From a virus: a DNA stretch of 44,242 nt. The notes beneath the pieces were generated by a model. It had not been told where the DNA came from. It searched no databases and saw nothing but the letters and a program-made list of their open reading frames with translations. This document shows positions 10,219 through 21,300 of the stretch, in pieces. How positions within the stretch are numbered: position 1 is the first letter of the stretch; the number at the start of each line of letters is the position of its first letter. The translations under genes were made by a program, and so were the position numbers. The stretch covers positions 1 to 44,242 of IMG/VR virus record IMGVR_UViG_3300045988_084446, one strand, 5' to 3'.

Positions 10219-12384
10219 ATGGATTTTTCACCGTTTCAGAACAAAGAGGGCGTCGGCGCTCCTGCGGCGCAGATCACGCGCGTACAGTACAGCAATCAAG
10301 GCGAACAGGCGCTTGCGCAGGCACAGGGAGAAACCGGAAATGTGCTTGCTAAGGGTGCTATGGCGTTGAAAGATCAGGTGGAGCAGACACAGGCGCTTGC
10401 GGCCAACAACATGTATAACAAGCTCATGAGTGAGGGCACGTTTGAGCTGATGCAGAAGAAAGAGGAGGGCGCTCTCAATATCACGGAGGAGTATGACAAG
10501 CTCCAGCAAAAGACGAGGGATGCCGTATTTGCAAAATACAAAGGTGTCCTGCGTTATGGTACTGGAGCCCGTGCGTTCAATGAGTTCACGGAGCGGGATA
10601 ATGTAACGCGCCGCATGAATGTCATGCGGTATCAGCAGGAGCAGTTTGAAGCATATAAGGACACGCAGTATAAGAATGCTCTTGATGTTTGTAACGATAC
10701 AATCCTCGAATATGGCGGGAATGATGCAGCCATCGATATGGCGTTTAACCGCTCCGATGCCTTGATTGAAGGCAGATGGGGCGGCTATGGGCAAGAGAAG
10801 GTAAAAGAACAACAAGAGGTATTCCGCAGACAGGCAGTCGGTCAGGCGATGTCTCTCGCGATGCAGACAGCGGATTTCAAGCGGATGGATGAGATCTGCA
10901 ATAAGTACGGGCAGTACATGGATGGCAATCAACGGGCGGCGGCGCTTGGCGCAGTGCGGAAGCATGCACAGCAGGAGCTTGAGTTCGGTGAGGCACAGAA
11001 TGCAATCAAGGAGCTTGGCATTGAGGCGTCACGCGATGCGGTCAAAGCATGGGTCCAGAAGAATGCGCATGGGAATACACCGAACCTGGACAGTTTCTAC
11101 GCGTTCTGCAAGCAGACTGAGGGGGCGAAGTATCAGCTTGGCGCTCCTCTCAACGGGGCGAACGGAAAATATGACTGCGGTTCATGGGCGATGCAAGTAG
11201 GCGGGCTCTTTGGAATTCAGTTTGAGAGCCGTTGTGCGGATGAACAGTATGTCCAGTTGAAACAGATGGGAAGGACATTCAGCGATCCTAACGAGCTTCG
11301 TACGGGGGATTTTGTGTACTGGACGGGGACGGGCGCAGAGGAAGGGCAATACGGAATAGCCCATGTAGGCGTTTATGATGGACGGTCTAAAAAGGTGTGG
11401 CAGTCCGGCCTGAATGGTGTTGCAGAAATTGACGTGAACACTTACAAAGTCGTCGGCTTCGGGCGCGGCGTCACGGAAACGCCACTCTCTGACATGGAGA
11501 TTGAGGAGAGAACGGATAAGATTTTCGGTGGGATGCAGAAGCAGCTTGCGGCCCGCGACCGTGAAGATAGTAGGTTGTTTGAGCAGGGGCAGATGGCGAT
11601 TATGCAGCTCCAAAATGATGGACAATATCATTCTGTTGCTGAATATCAGTCCGCCATTACGAGCATCGCAGGGGATAATCCGCGTGTCTCGGTAAAACTG
11701 ATGAACAGCGCGATGAAAGCGGGGCAGGCAGATCAAGCACGAGCAGAAGCAGCGGCGAATCGGCGTGCTGCAGCAGAGGCGGCGGCTCTTAAAATATCGG
11801 GACCGGAGTACAAATATCAGCTCATCAACGCCTTGCAGGCGGGCAAGATCAGCATCAACGATGCTTATGACACGATCATCGGAAATCCGCATATGGAAAA
11901 TAGCATGCGAAAAGAACTGCTGGATGTCATTGATGATTACAAGACCGGAAAAGGCGCCTTTAAGTATGACTGGGGGAGCATCAAACAGGCAGTTAAGACT
12001 GGGCTTGGCGGATATGAAAACGGGATGTTTGATTCGAATTTTGCCGTGGCACAGGATTCGACAGGCTATCTTATTCGTGAGTATCAAAAAGATCATAACG
12101 GAGAAATGCCGTCTCAGCAGTGGATTATTGAGAAGATGGCGGGGGAAATGGCTCCTATGACAATCTCTGGGAGCGGCGGTTTCTTCGGCTTTGGCGGGAA
12201 TAAAATCGATACGAACGAAGCACAACTCTTTAATATCGGTATTGCCAGCGTTGTAGATGCGGGGAATGGAAATTCTATCGTTACGCTGGTTAATGGCGGC
12301 GGCGCGTATCGAGTAAAGACAGATGATCTTATCAATGGGATGCAGGACGGAAAAAGCGGAAAAGAAATCGTATACGGAGGATAA
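10219..12384 (+). CDS. Internal virion/ejection protein with a CHAP/NlpC-P60-type peptidoglycan hydrolase domain (T7 gp15 position)
   Basis: 721 aa. The central segment NGKYDCGSWAMQVGGLF...GDFVYWTGTGAEEGQYGIAHVGVYDG resembles the Cys...His catalytic core of CHAP/NlpC-P60. RBS GAGGAGG. Confidence 0.55.
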   Translation: MDFSPFQNKEGVGAPAAQITRVQYSNQGEQALAQAQGETGNVLAKGAMALKDQVEQTQALAANNMYNKLMSEGTFELMQKKEEGALNITEEYDKLQQKTRDAVFAKYKGVLRYGTGARAFNEFTERDNVTRRMNVMRYQQEQFEAYKDTQYKNALDVCNDTILEYGGNDAAIDMAFNRSDALIEGRWGGYGQEKVKEQQEVFRRQAVGQAMSLAMQTADFKRMDEICNKYGQYMDGNQRAAALGAVRKHAQQELEFGEAQNAIKELGIEASRDAVKAWVQKNAHGNTPNLDSFYAFCKQTEGAKYQLGAPLNGANGKYDCGSWAMQVGGLFGIQFESRCADEQYVQLKQMGRTFSDPNELRTGDFVYWTGTGAEEGQYGIAHVGVYDGRSKKVWQSGLNGVAEIDVNTYKVVGFGRGVTETPLSDMEIEERTDKIFGGMQKQLAARDREDSRLFEQGQMAIMQLQNDGQYHSVAEYQSAITSIAGDNPRVSVKLMNSAMKAGQADQARAEAAANRRAAAEAAALKISGPEYKYQLINALQAGKISINDAYDTIIGNPHMENSMRKELLDVIDDYKTGKGAFKYDWGSIKQAVKTGLGGYENGMFDSNFAVAQDSTGYLIREYQKDHNGEMPSQQWIIEKMAGEMAPMTISGSGGFFGFGGNKIDTNEAQLFNIGIASVVDAGNGNSIVTLVNGGGAYRVKTDDLINGMQDGKSGKEIVYGG

Positions 12385-12396
12385 CGGGAGGCAACT

Positions 12397-15300
12397 ATGG
12401 ATCCGCAGAAAAGAGCAGAAATTGAGCAGATGATGCGCCGCGACGTGGCAAGCGGAAATATCGGCGTCAAGATTAAGATGCCCGGCGAGAACAACAATGA
12501 CGAACTGAACGATATCGTAAACTATGCGCCGACAAGTGAATACACGATTTATGACACGGGCAGACGCGACGACGCGGGCAATCCGATCATGAGCAGCGAC
12601 GTGATGGATTTGATGATGACAAAATCCTATGAGCCGCAGAAAGAATCGGATTGGTCTGTCTCTAATATCGCAGATGCGGTCTATACAAAGCTGCGGGACA
12701 ACTTCTATGATGGCAGTGTTCAGCCCGTCGATTTTGACAATCCATATTACACAAAAGACATGACTGCACCGCCGGAGCCGATTACAGGGAAAGACCTTAT
12801 CAAAGGGGCTATGCCCGAGAGTTTTCAGGCATCCAAACTCTATGCGGATTATTTCTACGGTGAGGACGAAAAACGCGAGCAGATCAAGAAAGCGCATGAC
12901 CTGACGGGGATTCGCGCGGAGACGATTGCCAATGACCCCGATGTATGGGAAAAGGTTATGAAGATTGTCCAGCGTGCAGAAAAACTCAAAAAACTTCCGG
13001 GCATGGTAGATGCGAACGGCGATCTCAATATGAGCCGCGTCTATGAGGCGATGCCGTATCTTCGGGAAATCGTCGAAAAGCGCGGCACGAACGAGGCTGT
13101 CATGATGCTCCAGAATGCCGAGGGACTGCAAACAGTCAATGATGCGTACAGCAATGAGTTTATGCGCTTTGCGGGAAGTGTTGCGACGGGCGTAGAACGT
13201 GGCTACTACAATATCCGTAAACAGTTGACCTATGCGAACGCAATGATCGGCAGACGTAAACTCACCGAAGATGAGCAGAATTGGATTACGGCGCTTGACA
13301 AGAAGAAGGAGGAATTGCCCGAATACTCCTATGGCGGTGTTGGGCAAGCAGTTGGTGCGATGATCGGCGGTGCCGCCGAGAATATCCCGATGATTGCCTC
13401 TGCGCAGGGGATTGGAGCGGTTGCAGGAGGTATCACTCTTGCCGTAACAAAGAACCCAGGTACGGCGGCAAATGTCGGAAGAGCTGCTGCTATTGCCGTT
13501 ATGGGGCTTGAGATCGGTGGCAGTCAGTATGAGGAGAATCTCAGCAAACTGGACGCAAAGGGACGCGCGATGTATACGCCGACAGAGGCGGCTGCGATTT
13601 CGGCGACACAGGGGCTTACCGAGGGTGTAATCGAGCAGCTTGCTTTGCAGAAGATTGCACGCACGATTTTTGGGCGGGGTGAGGCAAAGAGCCTGCGCGA
13701 CCTCTATGCAGGTGCAGGAGCAAAAGATTTGGCACTGGCCGCAGAAGGGGCAACTGCAAACGAAGCGGCGCGTGCACTCATCAAGGAACGGATTCTTGGT
13801 GCGGCAAAAGCGGGCGCAATTACGTTTAATACGGAGCTGCAGGAGGAGTTTGCCCAGCAGGTCTCGGATATGGTCATCGAGAACATGGCGCAGATGGCAC
13901 TCAAGGGGGACGATGCCGAGATTGCATCCGTCAGAGAAATCCTGCAGAAATCTACCACCGCCGCAATCGAAGCCGCGCCCTCTATCGCCGGATTCGGGCT
14001 TCTCGGCTTTGGCGGTCATGTGGGTGCCCATACGAATACGATGCTGCATGCTCGCTCTCACATGGAACAGCTCGTGAAGAATCGTCTCTATCGGAGCGTC
14101 AATGAGAATCAGCATCTCATGAATACTGTTGAGGCGGTAGGGAATAATCTGAAGAACGTACAGGAACTCCAAGGCAAAGCACCTGATCTTGTGAATGAGA
14201 TGCTTGATTCGCAGAACCGCCGCTATGGGATAGAGACAACGGCCGTAGATATTGTATCACTCAATCAGGAAGAGAGCGGCGCGGAGCTTGTGCAGGAGAT
14301 CGCCGCCGCAAATAATATCAGCGCGGAGGAACTGCAGGCGTGCGCGGACGGGACGGGGATGCTGCCCGTCAAAACCTCGACTCTCCAACAGATGACAACG
14401 CATCTGGATGAGGGCAAACGTAAGGCACTCTTTCAGAATATCACAAAGTCCTCTGATCTCTACACGGACAAGCAGGCACAACATGAGGCGAAGATCGTCA
14501 AGGAGATTCTAGGTGCATTCCGTGAGAAGACGGAAGAGGAGGTCGGCGATTCTGTTGACCGTTATGTTGAGAGCGCGTTTGCAGAACATGAGCATCGTGC
14601 GCTTGCTCGGGATATTTTGCTTGCAGACGTCAATCATCCTGCGGCAGAAATTAAGCGGCGTATGAACCGTCTGGATTCCGATCTCGCAGAACTGACAGCC
14701 GTACAGAGTGACGGTGGTGCGGAATCGGCGGAGTATCTTGCACATATCCAGCCCGAGATCGACAAGATCAATGCGCAGAAGGCGGCGCTTTCGACTGTTG
14801 AGGGCACAATAAAAGGCCTCCAACCCGGGGATGTTGTCGCAACGGCGGAACTGTCCCCTGAGGCAAGAGGCGTCTATCATGAGCTTGCGGGTCAGCTTGG
14901 TGATGCCAAGAGCAAGAAAGCCCGCACGGCTGCGCGTGCCTCTGCGCTTCTTACTGCGCGCTATGCTGAGCGTATGGCGAAAATTTACAGCGAGGTAAAG
15001 GGCGAGCCGTACACCGCCGCAGACTATATGCGCGAACATCTCCGTGTGGATGCGCGTGCGGATGACAAGAAAAGAGAGGCGGCGAAGAAAAAGGCAGAGG
15101 TCGTCAAGGATTTCATTGACACGCATTTCCCCGATGCCGCCGAACGCGAGATGGCAGTCATTGCAACGATGCAGGATGCCGTAAGCCCCGCGAAGGGATG
15201 GCGTAGGCTCTATAACGACTTTGTGGAAGATCGCGATGAACTTCTACGTCCTGCGCTGGATGCACTGGGGCGCGGGATGGGCAACGGTGTCGATATTGTT

Positions 15301-18300
15301 CCGATTGATGATGATGGACGCGGAATACGTGTGTCCAATAATGAACCCTGGTATCGATACTTTTACAAGGAGCACGGGCGACCGCCGCGCAAGGGGGAAC
15401 TCACCGACCTTGCCTATCGTCTCACCGTCGGTGATGCATCCGCACCGAAAATCGAAGGATGGGCGCCGGCATCGCAGGAAGATATAGACGCGATGGAGGC
15501 CGCAAAAGGTCAGCTTGACGAACTGAACGGCTACATCCATACCCTTGAAAATATCAAGGAACGCATGATGCAGATGGATACGGAAGCGTTGAATCAGGAT
15601 GAGGCGCAGACGGGAGTGTTCGGGGACAGGGAAAAAGCAATTGCTGTGCGTGAGATTCGTAATCTTGTTCCGCTGGAGGTTGTTCTAACGGGGAAACCTT
15701 TGGATAAGAAGGCGGCAGAAGCTGTTTTTTCGACCTTTGGCGAAGTAGAAAATCCGCGTTATGGAACGTATGCGACATTCCCGAAAAGTATGGTCGGCAA
15801 GATTATCAAGCATCGTGGTTTGGATGTATCTCAGATGCTTACTGATATTCCACGGCTGTTTTCTTCTTCTGTACTGGCCCTTGTTGAGCCGGAGTACAAA
15901 AAAGAAGGACATAAGGAACATCCTAATATACTTGCCTATCATCACTATGTCAATAAATTTACGGCGGATGGTACGACATACTATATACGTTTTTCGCTCA
16001 GAGAAGAGAAAACAAAGAACCGCGCAAAACCAAGCGCAAAACGCATTCTTCACTCGACGGGAATCAGTGATATTCAAATCTACGAGGAAAACAAAAAAGA
16101 CGTTTCCTCTCAACGTATCCGGGTTAGTGACCCGGGCGAAGAGAGCAAAACGTCTTTTGTTGATCATAGATTAGCAGAACTTTTCGATTCTGTCAAGGAT
16201 ATTCCTGCGGATGAGAATGCAGAAACCTTAGAGCAATCCGCATGGCACGGCACGCCGCATGATTTCCGCGAGTTCCTGCTTGAGATGATCGGCACGGGTG
16301 AGGGCGCACAGACACACGGTTGGGGACTGTATTTTGCGCAGAATCGGGAGGTGTCGGAGTGGTATAAAGATGTATTAGGGGAGGTTCAACAAGCGATTAT
16401 CCACGCCGGCGATAAAACGTATGCCGTGCACCCTGACGGTTATCGCGTAGAGAGGAATAGCGGCAAACCGCTGAAAGAAGGTTCTTCAATTGAAATCGCG
16501 CTTTCTGCGTTTGAGGACAGCAATGCCAATGTAAAGCAAGCAATCAGAGAGACTGAGGAATATCTTGAAAGAATGGAGCGTATAAAAGATACCGATGTGC
16601 GTGAAAAAAACAAGGACCTCATACGCGAAGCTCTGAAAATTTTGCAAGAAGAAGCAGATACATGGAATTTGGAAAAGAAAAAATCAAGTCTTTTTCATGT
16701 CGAAATCCCCGACAATGACGTTCTTCTCGACGAGCAGAAGCCGTTTGACGAGCAGCCGCAGTTCGTGCAGGAGAAGCTGAGAGAGGTGTTTGCCGATGAG
16801 GACAATAATAGAAAAGCTCGTTTTGCCAAAGAAATAAAAAGCTACGAGGCTAAAATCAAGGACTATGACCTTGTACTCAGTGAAAACGCAACGATTGAAG
16901 AGAGACAAGCGGCGGCAGAACGCCTTATACAAGGCGGGTCTGTGTATGGAGTCCCCTTAGAACGGGCTTTAGGCCCCGAGTTTAGACAAGATTTTCAGCT
17001 GGGGAGAGAGGATGTTGAGTACTATAAAGAGCAAACGCAAGAGGCTCTTGATAACTACCAAACGATCCTTAAGAGTTATAGGAATGGCAAGGCAATTTAT
17101 GAAAGTCTTTCATATTCGCTTGGCAGTCCCAAAGCAGCATCTCTCGCGTTGAACGAGGTCGGTATCAAGGGCATCACCTACGACGGACAGCGCGACGGTC
17201 GTTGCTTTGTCATCTTCGATGATCAGGCAATCCAAATCATCGAGAAGTATAACCAAGATCACGCGCACGGGGCGAAGGGGAATATCACGGCGACGCTTGG
17301 CGGTACGCAACGTCTGATTTCTCTCATGCAGGTGGCAGATCAGTCGACGTTTATGCACGAGATGGCGCATAACTTCCTGTTTGATTTGGAACATATCGCA
17401 GAAGTTGCACCAGAGAGCCGCTATGCCAAAGACCTTGCCGCAATCCAGAAATGGGCGACGTGGACGAAAGGTGCGGCGGACGAGTACGTGGGGACAGCTT
17501 CTGCGGCAGAGTTCCGCAACCGTGAGGAGAAAATTCTTGCAGCAGAGAAGAAGGGAGATGCAGCAGAGACAGAACGCCTCAAGCGTGAATGGATGCAGGA
17601 GCGTTTTGCCCGTGGGTTTGAGGAATACCTTCGCAGCGGGGAAGCACCTGCACAGGGATTACGTGCTGTGTTCCGTCGCTTCAAGGCATGGCTCACGCGG
17701 ATTTACAAGGATGTCACGGGTGCGGGTGTGCGCGCATCTGCTGAGGTCGAAGCAATCATGGCGCGTATGATTGCAACAGACGAGGAGATCGAAGCGGCGG
17801 CGGTCGTCAAACGTGCGCAGCGTCTCCAAAAGATTGATCCTGAACTTCTCAATGCGGATTCTGCCGAGACGATGATTCAGTGGGAGACAGAGGCCAAGGA
17901 GCGCGCAAAGGAAACGCTGCTCAAAGAGCTTATCCGTGAGATGCAAGGGCGCGACGTTGACGCACACATGGAGGAATACGAAGCACAGCTGAAAGCTGAG
18001 ATGCGGGAGAATCCCGTTTGGCAGGCGGAGGCGGTTGCGGAGACATTTGGCGTTGGTCAGGTCATCGCAAGCGGCTATTATCCTACGGTGGAGTCGTATG
18101 AAAAGGCACTCAAAGATGCCGGCGGCGGATTCGACGCAGCTTATAATCGTCAGATGCGCGAGGAGCGGGAACGCTACAAGACAGAAATGCCGAACGCAGA
18201 GGCGATTGCACAGCGAGCAGAAGAGGTGCTTGCATCACAGGAATACACCGCACGTCAGACAGCCCTTGAAGGAGAACTCCTGAACGAGTATATCAAGGCC

Positions 18301-21300
18301 TATGACAACGCCCCGCAGCGTCTCAAAGATGCGATGATCGGCGTTGCGCGTGCACTGGAACGTGAGGAGGATGCGCCGTTGGAAAAGGCGGTGACGGCTC
18401 TCAAATATGCGTTCCGCTGGCAGGAGAAACAGGCGCAGGAGATTGATGATTTGCGGGCGCTCCTCTCTTCCGCGAAAGAATCAGGAGAGGAAGATCGCAC
18501 AAAGATGCGTGAGAAGTTCGGGGAGGCGTTTAACCGACTCAAACTCTCGGCGGCGCAGAACCTCGAAGCCGTGCGCAGCCTCCGTGATTCGGCGGCGGGA
18601 AGAGTTGCTGCGATGCGTGCATATGCACAGCAGCACCTTGAGAACGCTCCAACCCACGAGGCGACGAATACGCGTCATTGGATGCGGCAGGTACAGAGCG
18701 CCGCAAAAGAGACAGAACGTCATCTCACGAATATGCTCCGCAAGAATAATGGAATTGAGAAGGAGGACACAGGCGACAAAGACCTTGCGGCGGCACGTAC
18801 GGCAAAGACCCGTCAGCTTGCAATGGAGGCAATGACGCATGAGAGCGTCAAACTGAAACGCGAGCTCGATCGTATGGTGAAATACTTTGCCCGCCGGGAG
18901 AAGAATCTTGCCAATGACAAGACGGGCAAGATTGACGGAAATCACCGCTATTTCATTCACCATTTACTCTATGTGTTTGGTCTTCGTCGCTCCGATGGTG
19001 TGCCTCTCATGGGAGAAGGTGCGCGTAGTTGGTCGGAATTGATGCAAGAGATCAAGGACTCCAACGATGGCTTTGATGGCGTGGATATTCCCGAATGGCT
19101 CACTTCTGCGGCAACGTCCCGCGATACGCAGCGAAAGTATACGGAACTCTCCATGCAGGAACTCCGTGATCTGCGTATGCTCGTTGAATATCTCTATGTG
19201 ACGGGGCGCAACAAGAACACGCTCCTCACATCAGGTGAGAACATCGATGAGGTCGCGGCTCGTATGTATCAGAACTATGAGGAGCATATCGGTGAGCAGG
19301 ACGGCGGAAAAGAAGCTCACACCTATATGGTGCAGCTTTTGAAGCCGGAAACAATGCTCAAGGTCATCGGTGGCAAGAGCGGTGCGATTGTAGACTATCT
19401 CTACAATACGCTCTTTGATGCACAGGAAAAAAAGACGGAGGCACTTGAGGAGAACGCAAAACGATTGGAAGTGATCATTGGACAATACTACACGCAGAAA
19501 GACAGGCGCAAAGCGTGGAGCAAGAAACTCGGGATAAATCTCACGGATGGCACAGAACTGACAAAGGAGAATGTGCTCTCTATGGCTCTCAACTGGGGCA
19601 ACGAGGGCAACCGTTCCCGCCTCGTCGCAGGTCTCTCGACGAAAACACCGTATATAGAGAAGGATGTCGAGGAGATTTTTGCAAAGACGATGACCAAGAA
19701 AGACTGGGCATTCGTGCAGGAGATATGGGATTATCTCAATGAGCACGGCGATGCGGTCAATGAGGTCGTCGAAAAGAGCGCCGGCACGCCGATGAAGCGT
19801 GTTGCACCGGATGAATTTACGATCGAGGCATCGACAGGAGAGTTGCTGACCATTCGCGGCGGGTACTATCCGATTCGGTATGACCCGAAACGTTCTGAGC
19901 GTGCAGCAGATCAGGAGCTTGCAACTGTCGCCGAATCGGTTGGTGGCGCTATGGCGTTTGGGTCTGGAATGGGCTCAACGAAGAACCGTGCAAACGGGGC
20001 TCCGCTGGGGCGGCCGCTTGACCTCTCTTTGGATGTCATGTATCGCCATATCGATCAGCAAATCCATATTGCCGCGATGCGCCTTGCTTGCCGTGATGTC
20101 TATAAGCTACTCAACCATTCGGCGGTTAAAGAACCGATCTTGCAGACGCTCGGAAAAGACGCATATGACAGTCTGAAACGATGGGTTGAAAATACATGGC
20201 AAGAGCCAATGAATAACAATCTCTACATTGAGACTAAAGCGGAGGAGTGGCGCGCGAACACGGTAACGGCAATCATGGCGTTTCGTGTGTCGACGGCACT
20301 CCTTAATGCGTCCAATATTATGCCGATGGCAGATCGACTCGGTACAGTCAATGCAGTTCAGGCAATGTTGCAGTACCTCCGGCACCCGCAGAGGATCCGT
20401 CAATTCGTACTCAATGATTCGGCGTTTATGCGGAACCGTGCTCATAATATGGATCGCGATCTGAATACCAAAGGAAAAGACATTTTCGGCGGAAAGAACT
20501 CCGTTCGGAAGTGTCTTATTAAGTATGGGACATGGCTCATGGAGGAGACAGACATGCTCTGCAGTGTGCCAACCTATTATTGGACATATCAGGGGCGGTA
20601 CAACAAGGAGGTAGCGGACGGGACAGATGAGATTATTGCCCGTGAGCGTGCGCACAGAGAAGCCCACGAGGCAGTACGTTCGATCTTTGGCTCTGCAGAT
20701 TCGATTGACCGATCTGCGGTACAGCGTTCACAGAGTGGGCTTGTCAAGGCATTTACGCCATTCTTCAGCTTCTTCAATGCACAGATGAATGCAGTGTGGG
20801 AGAAGTATTATGCAGGGCGTTATGACAAGCACAAGAGCAACTTTGTTGAGCGTTATTCCGGGTTTGTTCGTTCCTATCTTTTCCGTTTTGTCGCAATGGC
20901 TGCAATCGAAACGATGATTCGGCAAAGCCTTGAAGCTGTTTCGGCCGGAAGTGGTGATAAAAAAGATAAAGACGAATGGTATAAGAAATTTTTGAAGCAG
21001 TGGGCGGCAAATTCTCTCGGGAGCGTCGCAAGCGGATTCCCGGTGATCAATATGGTTGGCGAGATCGCACAAGGGATGATTACAGGCAAACTGCAGCAGG
21101 GGCGCAATAGTGGTGTTGTATTCGCTGCTGTTGGGCGACTTACCGACCCCATCCAGATGGCGCATTCTTTGCAAAGCGACAAGTCCAAGATTGATGCGAT
21201 TGATTTTGGACGCGCCCTGACAAAGGGAATCGCCGGGACGATCTATGCTGTTCCGGATACCTTGACCGATGGCTTCTGGAATACGGCACGCTTCATGACC

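Noticed and set aside
11182-14172. 996-aa ORF on the minus strand
   Set aside because: It lies entirely antisense to the CHAP-containing and giant + strand genes, which have clear start signals and recognisable motifs. It is a stop-free antisense frame of the kind expected in GC-rich coding DNA.
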